A stretch of 64,000 nt of DNA from positions 1 through 64,000 of the forward strand of contig JAQGDQ010000625.1 in assembly GCA_030141605.1 (NCBI GenBank), written 5' to 3'. The position numbers and the translations under genes were made by a program. Positions 28,556 to 40,220 of this stretch are shown here, piece by piece. Numbering within the stretch: the stretch's first letter is position 1; every line of letters begins with the position of its first letter. The notes below the pieces were generated by a model that worked only from the letters and a program-made list of their open reading frames with translations, did no database searches and was not told where the DNA came from. Source of the stretch: Tubiluchus corallicola (Eukaryota; Animalia; Priapulida).

Positions 28556-29535
28556 GTATAAAATCATTGACATAGGGGAGCTGATAATTCTTATTGCCGT
28601 TTAAAAATATTTTCTGTTCATCTGAATATGCAAAAACTAGTTGTTATTTTTTAGTCCTGTGCTGTGTCTAATTTTTATAGTTTATAGTTAGTTTATATAT
28701 ATTTTATATAGTTTTATATTTTTTGCTGTGTCTTATATTTTTAAAGGTGGAAAATAATGAATTCTCGCACTGAAGCTAAACCAGTATTCTGTAGCATTTG
28801 CAAAGTTACTGGTTTTTCCGTTTCAGAATTGATCAAATTCCGCTTCAGAGAATCGTTAATTCCCTTTTTATTCCGCTTCACAGAAATTAGAAGCCACATG
28901 GCCTTGGCTAATATTTATCATAAAATCAATCATTTGCGTTTGGCTTCGCATAGGAACACCAGCGTCTAATTTGCCCACAAATTTACAAAATGTACTGAAC
29001 GATATACCCCTTAAGTGTCTCGTATAAATCTTCGTTAAATAAACCTTTTCACAGTTCCGTCGATTGACGATGATCGTGAAAAGGTCAAAAGTTAAGTGTA
29101 TCAGACAACTCATTTGTGTACACAAGACAACGCCTCACAGTTACTAATGGCAAATAAAGATTATTATTATATATATGTATATGCTGCCAAAAAGGTATTT
29201 ATAATTTATTGTACCAAAAAGCCTGCTTTAAAATTTACATACTTTTTATATCTGTACTTTAGCCTGCTATTTTATTTAAGCACGGTTCTAGTGAACGGTT
29301 TTTGGAAACAAAACTCAGCAAAAGGTTGCTACTCCGTTATTTTCGAAATGCAGAACAAAATTCCTTTCAATTTCAAGTTTTTTAAATAAAAAAAACTAAA
29401 CTTTGCAATAATTACTAAAAAATACTTCCCTAGATTTCAATTTCAATTTTGAATTACAAAGTTTCTATTTGACAGTGCAGTTTCCGAGTTTTGCCTGCAA
29501 TACTATCATCAGGTGTTCCTATTGTCTGTTTCTAG

Positions 29536-29665
29536 GTGATCAGATCTTTAAAAGAAACCATTGAAGACTGCTGGGACCAAGATGCGGAGGCACGTCTGAC
29601 AGCGCTGTGTGTGCAAGAGAGAATGTTGGATCTACCAATATTGTGGGAGAGACAGCGAGCAAAAG
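29536..29665 (+). CDS. BMPR2: BMP type II receptor exon (kinase end)
   Basis: tctag acceptor; [30 protein letters not shown], near-identical to the BMPR2 motif; weak donor G|gtgctt. Confidence 0.95.
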
Positions 29666-30251
29666 GTGCTTATATAAGTGTTTGTAGTGTGCTAATAACA
29701 ATGCGTAAGTCCTCGTTTAAAAACAATAAAAACAATGTTTATGTGTTCTAGCAAAGCATGATGCTAGAGAGAAAGTAAAAACGACTTTGCACTAAAAATT
29801 GATGATGCTTGGTTAATGTCATAAACTGTAAGTTTTTATTACTTGTGTTCAGACTGTATTTTTTTAAACGTCAAAGAGTAAGTTAGAAGGGAATGCAGTT
29901 TCTTCTCCTCTTTTCCTTCTTCCTATCCATAATCTTACTATTTTTTCCATTCCATCGTGTCTACTAACCCTAACCATTCTTTCATTCACTCATCCTCTCC
30001 TCCCTTCCTTCTTCCTATCCCCAATCTTACTATTTTTTTCCATTCCATCATGTCTACTAACCCTCACCATTCTTTCATTCACTCATTTCTGCCACCTTAA
30101 CAAGCCAAGCTTTCAAGGTGTCATACAGCAACTCTTTTATTTTGTTAATTTGACTTCATCAACGTTTTTTTAACCTATACTGTTTCTTTTTGTTTCAATA
30201 ATATTGTATGTTGATTTATTGTATATGTATTGCTGGAGTGAAATAAATTGA

Positions 30252-30400
<149 letters not shown>

Positions 30401-30789
30401 GATCGTACAGTTTACATAAAACTATCATTTATTTTTCTAAATTTTTCCTGCTTTGTTACTCCTCAGACTACAAACTTCAGACAGGGTTTTTGTTTATAAT
30501 TTCAGTTTCCAGTTCTCAGCACTTTATCCATTTTGCATTAGCTGCTTATCATTAGGCTTGTTATTCTGACGGTAATGCAACAATAACTCTACATGTAATA
30601 AGTGCTCGTAGAATTTATATGGCAATCTTCCAGGTTTTGTCATACACTGCCAACAAATTACGTCACATTGGCTAGGTATTCGTGTTTGGCAGGCAGCCAT
30701 TCATGAGGTGAAACATTGGTGCAGAAGACTTTTGTAACTAGGAGATATTTTTAGGCAACGGCAACATGAAAGAGAAAATTGTAATACTA

Positions 30790-31280
30790 AGCGTTGTCAA
30801 AAGTTGATAAATTAAATGAAATACTTCTGCCCGAAAACCTTAATATAGCTGCCTTAGGAACTAATGATTTGTTGAAGTTGTTATTATTCGGTAAAGATGA
30901 ATTTAACTATGTTACTAACTGTAAAATATTCCAATGTATACATGACTTTATATTAAGTACTAAACGCTTCCAGTAGTTTCTATCTGATATAAAATGCATC
31001 AGTCTTAAATATTTGTACATTAATATTTTCTAACCGTCATTTTCTACTAATGTCTAATGTAATCTGGTAGTAAAACTTGTCAGCTTGTGTAGTTATAGTC
31101 TATTCTTACTGTAAATGTTACTAATGTCTAATGTATCCCTGTAGTAAAATTTGTCAGCTTGTGTAGTTATAGTCTATTCTTACTGTAAATGTTCTTGTAA
31201 ATAGCATATAAAGTCTGTTGTGGTGAGGATCCTAAATCATGTTGTTCAAACTGTCTGATCCAGTCCTAAATAAATTATGT
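30790..31280 (+). mobile_element. LINE 3' fragment (CR1-group)
   Basis: LLLFG...NCKIFQCIHDFILSTKRF ORF2 terminal motif followed by 3' UTR-like sequence. Confidence 0.6.
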
Positions 31281-32129
31281 TTAAACTAAGTTGATCAAAA
31301 CTTCAAAGTTATTTGCCATTGAATAAACGAAAATGGCAAAATTGTCACTAAACATCTTACTAAAAGGCGAGGATTTACTACACGTATTTATCGTAATGAA
31401 ACTGTTAGGTAAAGTGTAAAACTTTATGCCTTGCGGAGAAATCTTGGTGCAAAAAGTGATACAAACGTGTTCTTGCTCCGGAAACCATTTTTGCTGCATT
31501 TTATATCTCATTTTTGTGGCTTTCTAAAGTTACGGGTTTCTGTGTTCTGGCTCATTACACTTTCTTGTAAAATAATCTATAGTGCAAAATTCTTTTATTT
31601 ATGCATTATTTCAGTTTATGAAGCATTTGGCAATTTCAAACACCTGCTACTTTTTGGCAATTGCAAACACTTTTTTCATCCATGAAGTTCCTTCTTTACT
31701 GTTAGGTTTTGGTCAGCAGCTGTGCCATATTTTTGCGCTTTAGCGTTTAATCTTGAATTTGCATTTTTCCGTTCTTCTTGAATTCTCAGAATGACAACAC
31801 TGTTGTGAATCAGCTTTCTCGGAACAGGCCGTGCGCCGTCGTAGCAATAGACTGATAAATTAATTTTATTGAACTCATGAAATTGACTTGCTCGGTCGCC
31901 AGCAAATGCACAGTAAGGATAATAATGGCCGTGTATTTGTTTATAATGCCGGCGGTATTGATATCTGTAGAATTTCTGGATGCGTGTTCTTTACAACGGG
32001 AATACCTGGACGTCTCCCTGTAAGTTCCCAAGGGAAAATAAAATAGGAAGATTTGTAGGCAAAGCAACACACGCAATGATGGTTAGAATTTGACTATGAA
32101 CTATGAATTTTATTTCATACATCAAAATA

Positions 32130-32272
32130 CAATATTGTACACATAAATAAACAATAAATAAAATGATTTGAGTAGTGTGAGGTGAGTGTACGACCATACG
32201 GTCATTAACACACTCACCTTACTTAAATGGAAATGAAAAAATTATTGAAGTTATGCGTGCTTTTGTAGATGA
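32130..32272. repeat. dispersed repeat with strong hairpin; inverted copy at 52958-53090
   Basis: aggtgagtgt..acactcacct stem; near-identical reverse complement at 52958-53090; probable LINE 3' UTR. Confidence 0.75.
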
Positions 32273-32891
32273 CTTAATGTAATTAATGTAATAAAGTAAA
32301 TGACAACATGTGAACGTCCTGTGGTGGACTTGCGGTGTGTGTGTTTTTGACCAGTGGTTGCAGGCGAGTTTGTTATGCACACTGCAGAGTAGGGACAGCT
32401 CAAAGTAAAATGCATGATGGAATTTTATGTCTAATTAACACAAGCAAACATTGTCATTGCACTTTTGTTGGAGTCCATGTCTCTTGATATAATCTTAGTC
32501 GGGTATCATCCATGCAGATTGTTCACAGCAATGTTGGTCTTTTTGTTTTTTACAGTCTGGACAGGAAAGATTTCTGTCAGTCCTGGATATGTTGTAGCGT
32601 TAACTATGCAATTGTGTCTAGATTCACATTTCAGTCTGAATACGTGTTGAGTTTCAGCTCTATAAGTTCTGTATATTTTTGAACATTAGCAACGTTAAAT
32701 TATAACGATGTTGAGGTTGAGAAAAATGACGATTATGTGACGAGGAAGAGGTGAAAATGACAAATGTGATGTTAATTATGGTCCTGAAGCATTTGGCAAG
32801 CTAATACAATGTTGGTATGCAAGCTTCATTCTCATTTCCAAAATGACCGGTAGCAAAAAATATGAACGATTGCATATTGTTCATTATTTAG

Positions 32892-33014
32892 GTATCAATT
32901 CAACGGTGCCGCCCACGCATTTGCGAAATCTGAGTTCGCCTCAGGACTCCATGGATATTGCTGATAAGAACAGTAACGTAGAGCAGCAGCCAATGTTGGA
33001 CTCTGGAGGTCACG
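32892..33014 (+). CDS. BMPR2: BMP type II receptor exon (C-terminal tail 1)
   Basis: tttag acceptor; (G)INSTVPPTHLRNLSSPQDSMDIADKNSNVEQQPMLDSGGH, open in phase 1; donor G|gttagt. Confidence 0.75.
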
Positions 33015-33700
33015 GTTAGTAATTTACAGAAAAACTAGCGGGTATTTTAATAGGAGAAAGTATTGCTAATGATAATAATAATAATAATAATAAATTTATT
33101 TGGAAGTGTAAATACAAGTACAATATCAAGTAACACTGGGAAAAAATAGATATTAATAATAATAATTATATGACAGCGTGCATATAATAAGAACCAGAAG
33201 TAAAACTTGTTAGATGCTTGCACCATTATAAACAAAAAAAGGAACAAAAAAAACCGAAGGTTTTTAGGCAATTTAAAAAAAGAGCTGTGCGAAGTAAGGT
33301 TAGAAGTGATGGATAAAAGAATGTTCAAAAGGGTAGGAAGAGTGGCTGGTGGAGATTCGGCTCATGAGATGACGAAGCACTCTGGATTCTACTCAAAAAG
33401 AGCACAAAGTTGTGACTGTTGTGTCTCACAGGAACAGTAGGTGGTTGTCAGTTTATATAAGAAGCAAACAGATATTGATATGTATTTTGATGTGATGCAT
33501 TCTCTGAAGGTCTAGGGTTTATTAGTGGATTGTGTGGAAATAAATTGCTAGGATTTCTGTAATGATAAGGCCAACCGTTCATCAACGCTAGCTAAAGTTT
33601 CGTATGTAAATGAGACAGTATGGAATCGAACTGGTTTTTTGTATATTGAAAACTCCATTTGTGAATTTACTGTGTTAATAGACAATCAGGAGCTTATTAG

Positions 33701-34202
33701 CAGGCTGCATAAGATTATGGATATCCATAAAATAAGACCAAAAATCCATAAAATAAAATTTGAGAAATTCATAAAATAAGAAATGCATAAAATAAAAAAA
33801 TATTTTCTTTTTGTGATTTTTTGTACAAAGTAACGAGTTGTAAGCATTGGCTACACTGAAAACGAACGTTAGAAGGAGAGAAAGAGAAAGAAAACAAACC
33901 AACAAAAGCGCATTTCCGGATTTGCTATTTTACATTGTTTTTTCTCATTGTCTTTTTGTTATCAAGATGGCGAAGTTTCAACCAAAGCATGAGCTGGAGT
34001 TCGGTCTGAAACTAAGTCCTGCGTGTTTAAAAACACGTTTCAAGCCTCCTGTTTTTACTTTTTAATTGATTTCCCCCTGGGCATCTCGTTCCAGATATAG
34101 TCTATTTCTTATTTTATTGATATCCATAAAATAAAATTTCAAAAATCTATAAAATAAGCTGTTTTATTTATTTTATACATATCCATAATCTTATGCACCC
34201 TG
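33701..34202. mobile_element. hAT-type MITE family C
   Basis: 24-bp TIR CAGG(C/G)TGCATAAGATTATGGATAT; perfect 8-bp TSD cttattag; subterminal CATAAAATAA repeats. Confidence 0.92.
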
Positions 34203-34505
34203 CTTATTAGTTTAATCTAACGTGGTTAAGAGTTAGGCTTGCAATATCAGATTATTGAATGTAACCAAACACCATATTTTTTGTACAACTACTGCATGTT
34301 TTTTGTGTTTGTTTTTTGCTTAACAAGTGAGATTCATAACTATAATAACTCGCTGTAATTTTGGTCAGTACTGTTGTGTAAAAATCTGTCGCAATTTTAC
34401 TCACGAGTTTTACGGTCCAATTTATAAGTGACCTGTTTCACTGCGATTGTTCTTAGTTTAAAATTTAACGTTGTTTAAAATCTAGCATTGATTACGCATT
34501 TGCAG

Positions 34506-34673
34506 TTGATACGGAAGAGGCACATGAGACGCATGCTCTGCTGCCTTGCAATGGCAGAGTTCCATACAGACATTACCAGAATGAAGCCTCAATGTCTGAG
34601 AGGACAGAAGAAACAGTGGTGTTGTCTCCCAGCGAGGATGAACCTTCCATCCCTATACAAGTACCTATGAGAG
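34506..34673 (+). CDS. BMPR2: BMP type II receptor exon (C-terminal tail 2)
   Basis: ttgcag acceptor; (V)DTEEAHETHALLPCNGRVPYRHYQNEASMSERTEETVVLSPSEDEPSIPIQVPMR, open in phase 1; donor G|gtatca. Confidence 0.72.
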
Positions 34674-34781
34674 GTATCAATGTTTGGTTTGTTTACTAAT
34701 AATTTCCCACGTTTTAATCCCCAATGTCCCTAAAGTGCTCTGGGTGTCAGTAGATTGACAGTTTATTAATTTGCTTTGTAG

Positions 34782-35216
34782 CAGGGGCAGAACTAGGGGG
34801 GAGCGAGGGGGGCGCCCTCTGTCAAAATTTGCACCCCCCCCCCTGCAAAATCGGACAAATAATTTTTTTGCAGTGAAAATTGCAGTTCGCATGTAATCAT
34901 TTTCAATATGAATTAGAATTAGGTAAAAAAATGTTTGGTAGCTTCAGTGTATTATTTTCTTAAAACTTGTGTGTGATAAATTTCTGTAAATAACAATTTA
35001 GTTAGAGGCACATTAATAACGTTAGGTTAACTGAGAGTTAATTTTCTCATTATTGCTCTGTCCGCTACGCCGTCCTACACACATGCTAATTATAGGCCTG
35101 AATGCAGTATAAAAGGGGTTAAAAATTGGCTTAACCATTATTTATCCACTTCGGATACCTCGCCCTCCCAGAAAATTTTTTGCACCCCTTGCTTGCCACA
35201 TCTAGTTCCGCCGCTG
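34782..35216. mobile_element. hAT-type MITE family B, deletion derivative
   Basis: TIR CAGGGGC(A/G)GAACTAG; perfect 8-bp TSD ctttgtag; homologous (inverted) to 53840-54480. Confidence 0.9.
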
Positions 35217-35356
35217 CTTTGTAGCTTACCACAAAACATGCTCTTAGTACAGTAATTGGTCGAATTTTGGATAGTTTTGTTGCAAGAATGGTGTTATGAA
35301 AAATAGTGGTTAATTCTGAAATAAAAATCTAAATATTACCGGTTTGTATTTTGCAG

Positions 35357-36459
35357 GTAATAGTAATTTATATGTGATACCACAACAGTTAGTGAAGTTA
35401 GAACCGCATCAGGGGCGTAACCCGTGTATGGAGCGTAATCTACACGTAGACGACGGCGCACCATTTTCAGTTAGTGGTAACACATTAGTAGATGCGGAGT
35501 CTGCCGCAACTGTTTCTAGTGTGATAGAACCCGTGCAGACTAATGTAATCAATAGTGAAATGGTGTCTGCTCGTCCTAATCAGACGCCGATTCCATACGT
35601 GCAGAATCCCGTACGCGAAGGTGTTATGCGTGCAAAACAAGACAATGTCCCCGGAAACGGGGCTCATAGAGACTTGTCTGCGCAGAACGGTGTCGTGCCG
35701 ACGTCTGCTCCAACCGCACCCAGCAAGAGTGATAAAAAGGAGGGCAAGAAAAGCAAAGGTTTCTTTTCATTCTTCGAAAAAAAGTGGCTCTCTCCCCAAA
35801 GGAGGGAAAATGCCGAAGAGCAGACGCCGGCGTTTGTTAACCACAACGCGTACGATAATAACAGTAATGTGACAACTTCACCTGTTAATACAGAAGTTAG
35901 ACTAGTAAATGGCAGTGCCCAAACTGTTGCATTGAACAATGTGCTAGATGAGAGCCTAACTTGCCCCCCGGTAGATCAACATAATAATGGAATAGTAGCG
36001 CGGGCAGAATTAGGAACAGCAAGAAGAAACATCTTAGCTGCCGAACAGCAGGCGGAGATGGTGTCTCGACAACGGCCGACCCCCGCAGTAGCTCAGAATG
36101 ACCCTCAGTCTTCAGTGACATGGGAATCATTTCCTCCGAGCGCCGGGCAGGTCAATGCCTCCTCTGATTCCTTGCACTCCAACGACGATCAGCTGCTGGA
36201 TTTGAGTGTGCCGGTTACGGCGGAAGGGCAAGACAACTTACAGCCAAAGAGACCGGAGCAAAATAACGTTGCACTACTTGGACTTAAAAATGTTGGAAAA
36301 GCAAATGTTACCGTTCAGAATGGCGTATTACCGGCAGTTGGAGTCAATGGTGGTAACGGATTTATCACGAGCACGTCGCCCTCTAGCCCCAAGACAGTTT
36401 CAAATGGTGATGTTGCCCGTGGCTCACCGGAAACGCTGAATTCTATTTCAGCTTTATAG
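35357..36459 (+). CDS. BMPR2: BMP type II receptor terminal coding exon (long cytoplasmic tail)
   Basis: ttgcag acceptor; 1.1-kb open frame with PHQGRNPCMERN motif typical of invertebrate BMPR2/Wit tails; TAG stop; summed exon length keeps frame. Confidence 0.88.
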
Positions 36460-38555
36460 CAAATCCGATTGTAATTAATCGCCGCTTGTAGAGGGGGGGG
36501 AGGGGGTTGCTTGGGTGCGCCTAGTATTGCAGGGAGATAACTTGCTTATTGTTTTATCTAGTCATAAATATATTGAATATAAAATTATATATTATATAAG
36601 ATTAGTTATGCTGCATTTGCTCACGTTTATAATGTTTGCCAATGTGCGCGTGTGTGTTGTATCTCAGCTGTATCTGTGAGTGCTTATGTGCTAATTTGCA
36701 TCAAATGCAGTTTTATGTGGTTCGTTAAGAAGTATTAATTAATCTGATAATTAATATGTTCTTATAAGTAGGCCTTTTGTGGCCAAGACTCGCGCGTGTG
36801 CTGATGTCGTGTTACCAGTAAGAGAAAACAAAGAACTTTATGCTTGCCATTTTACTGACTTTAAATGTAACATGAACATTGATTACGTATGACTGTTTTT
36901 TTTCATTAGTTGCACAATTTCACTCATCTTTTGCAAGGGTCATACGTTCATGGCTTCTTCACATATTCGTATTTGACACTTCCGTCACGCCGACGGAGAA
37001 CCTCACTGCAACCGTAAAAACTGGCCACGATCGCAGTGACATTCTCTAGGTCTTAGTAACAATGTGCTTGAAATGGCTAGGGATGTGCACAGAAGCGGCT
37101 GGTCACAGAAACATTTTGAGAATGTTCAAGGTCATTGTCGCGAGATCGTTGCTGAAATGCAGTGTGTTCGTTTTTTGGGCGCCGTAGTTGCATTTTGAGC
37201 CATTGTAGTAAAGTTTTTATAGATGTACTTGCATCGGTCAATAATTTCTCGCTTGTTTTTCGTGTCTGTGTTACGGTTTTAATACGATGCCACTACGTTC
37301 ATAGCAGTTGTAGTATACGTGGAAGAAGAAGAGGCTGCGTAGAAGAAACAATTCTTTTTTATTTTACCATCATCTTTGAAAACCAGGCCACGATCACCGA
37401 GAAATTATTTATATTGTGGAATTGCAGGCAAGCCTCCATAATTGTCATGCGGTGTGACAGGATGTTGAAATAACTAATTGGTCCGTTGTGCTGCAGCAAA
37501 CCCACAGAGAGTAAGCGTGGTCACCCACTTGAATAAGACCTTAGAATACACGTCTTAGTGTAACAGTGCTGAGGTATCCACAAACAAAGACATTCTCACG
37601 TGGAATAATATCAGTTTAATAATGAGTTGCTAGCATTTTTTGTCTTTTGGCGGACTGTTTGTCAAAAAACTGTTTGGGAATTAATTTCTTTTTTGTAAAT
37701 TTGGAAGCAACTTCCGTTGTTTTATATTAATAATTTCAATAATCTTCATTTTATGAGCGTCGCTTATGTATATTTTAGCTTCATCTGTTGCCTTGTGAAT
37801 CTTACAACGCAGTGCATGACAATGTGATAATAATTCTTGTTGTCATTGTGGCTTAGCATAGCTCTCATTAGCGTGACATATGACTGTTTTGTAGATTGGA
37901 AATCGAGCTGTTGTTCATTTTGGAAATATTTTTTCGAATGTTGCCCAGTAGATGGCTGTAGTGTATCTGTGGATCATCCTTGCAAAAGGTTTCTGCCAAG
38001 TCTGTTTTCACGTCTAACTTTTCAACTTTGCCTACTGGCAAAACTTATATATTTTGTGCAGACTGGGTTATCAAGCTATCGTCGTTCAATGAAAATTGTT
38101 AATGATAAAAGTGATGCAGTTACTTTTGCTCTTTCAGATTTTGCACTGAAAGAAAAAATTGGGCTGCAAGATTTTACAATTGAATTTTATGAAGTTTGGC
38201 AAAAATTTTATCTTCGTAGTCAGAATTGTGTCAATTTTTTTTACGAAAAATTGTAGTTGAAAACCGGCATAATCACTGATTTTCTAAGCTCTTGTGTGCT
38301 GCAGCTACAATGAATACTGAATTCTAAAATATAAATTGTAATTTCTGTACAAAATAGATCGAAATTATGATTCTTTAGTAGTCGTATGTTTCATGTATTG
38401 AATTCGCAAACTTTATATAGTAATAATGACAGCGTAGGTATTTTTCTAGCTCTAGTTAAACTTTTAAGCTTTTATTGTCAGTATTTGAAACATTCATAAT
38501 TGTGTTGTTGCTTTGAGTATGAGCCTTGATGAATATTGCAGTTTATTACCGCTAA

Positions 38556-38561
38556 AATAAA
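38556..38561 (+). promoter_or_regulatory. candidate polyadenylation signal of the BMPR2 3' UTR
   Basis: AATAAA followed by T-rich sequence ~2.1 kb after the stop; position only, no transcript evidence. Confidence 0.3.
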
Positions 38562-39707
38562 AGTTACCAAACGTATAGTGTTCATTTTGTAAACTTTTTT
38601 CGCCAACAATCACCTGATTCAAGTTACTACACCTAGCAGTAGCGTCGTCGTGGTTACTCTGTTTAAAATGGACGATAATGGAGTATTGTTATTGAGGTCA
38701 GAGTCAAGCATGCATACACAGTGTAGACAAACAGACAGATAGACATACAATACACCTCTGATCAATCACAAATACAAATTAAACTCCTCTCTACTACCTA
38801 ATATAATAACAATACACCCACACCTACTGTAGCAGTCATAGCACAATCCTGGTACAGATTATGCAAAACAAGGCATCATTGATAAATCTTTAGAGCTGAT
38901 GTCAACATAGCACAATCTATTATCTTTCTTCCTACCATTTCCACTAACACATACTTCTACCCTTCCTGTGTGATCTAACCTTTCTCCCAGTTCTTTTTTT
39001 TTGTTCACTCATCCATTCTTTTTTTATCGGGTTCACATAGTGGGCTTATACAAGCCTTTGCTTCTCTAGCCCACTGCAGTACAATTATTCTTTTATGATA
39101 ACGATAGTGCATGAAATATAACAATTTAATACAGTAGAAGTAATAATTTTGATGTCACTGTGTGCTTCGTGTCATTATATTGTACTGAACTGATACTCAA
39201 GAGTGATTATTAATGCTGTTCTTCACAGACTAAGTGGAAGAGGGACACAGATCACTCGTGTAAATTTTTGTAATAAACGCACTGCTTTCCCAATTTTAAT
39301 AGAGGCAAAGCATGAAAATGTAGCATAAGGAAGAGAAGAGATGTGCAACTGGAAAAGAAGATTCTTAATAATTTAAAATATTTGCACCAGCTGGAAAAAC
39401 GTCACTTTAATGCTATCCCAGTGTGCACCACTGACTCATCAAACTTTTTCTTACTTAGAAAAAGAGTATGCCGTGATAATTTAAACTCTTCTCTACCACT
39501 TAATATAACAATAATAATTTTCATCTTATTAACTCATTAGAAAAATGAGCGGATTAGTCTCACATAGAACGTTGCTGGCCATTCTTTCCCAATCTTCTCC
39601 ATTGACCATCCTGATGTTCGCAACGACTATGGCTCCCTTTCAGCCTTGTCCTCCTCCTGTATTGCGTAGAGAGCCACTTTATGCAACACTTCTTGCTTAA
39701 TATTACA

Positions 39708-39866
39708 TAGGATCGACAGTATGCTGAATTTTCAAACACATATAAACAACGTTGTTAATAAAGCACATGGAAGACTGACATTGATTAAACGTACTTTCTC
39801 TTACCTTGACGGATCTATGGTGACCAAGCTATATAAATCAATGGTTCGTCCGATTTTGGATTATGG
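39708..39866 (+). mobile_element. CR1-like LINE fragment, part left of the LTR insertion
   Basis: IDSMLNFQTHINNVVNKAHGRLTLIKRTFSYLD..KLYKSMVRPILDYG continues in frame at 46943. Confidence 0.85.
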
Positions 39867-40151
39867 TGTGCTGACGCAATCAGAATGATCACGTGACCTG
39901 TGATTGTTCGGCGCGCACGAGTCTGCAGAAGACGAGGGGTACAAGAGCGGACATGTTGTTTAGATTACTAGTGTCGTTAGCGTCTTTAGAAATTGTAAAA
40001 AGTTTCGTTAGCGTCTTTGTTTGTGTAATACAGAAGATATCAATATACAAATTTTTGTGACAAGTCTTTACTGTTTTACGATTCTCGATTATACAAGTAA
40101 ATTATAGATAATTAGACTGAAACTTGGGCGAAGTGACAGGGCATCGCCACA
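39867..40151 (+). repeat. 5' LTR
   Basis: TGTG..CACA; no difference from 46653-46937 on manual comparison. Confidence 0.97.
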
Positions 40152-40153
40152 AG

Positions 40154-40172
40154 TGGTGCAAGAAACCCGGGA
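40154..40172 (+). promoter_or_regulatory. primer-binding site, tRNA-Phe-like
   Basis: TGGTGCAAGAAACCCGGGA 2 nt after the LTR, close to the complement of tRNA-Phe 3' end (TGGTGCCGAAACCCGGGA). Confidence 0.75.
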
Positions 40173-40220
40173 ATTTTCACGGTAAGATTAGCGATTTAAC
40201 TTGAACAATCAACGTAAAAA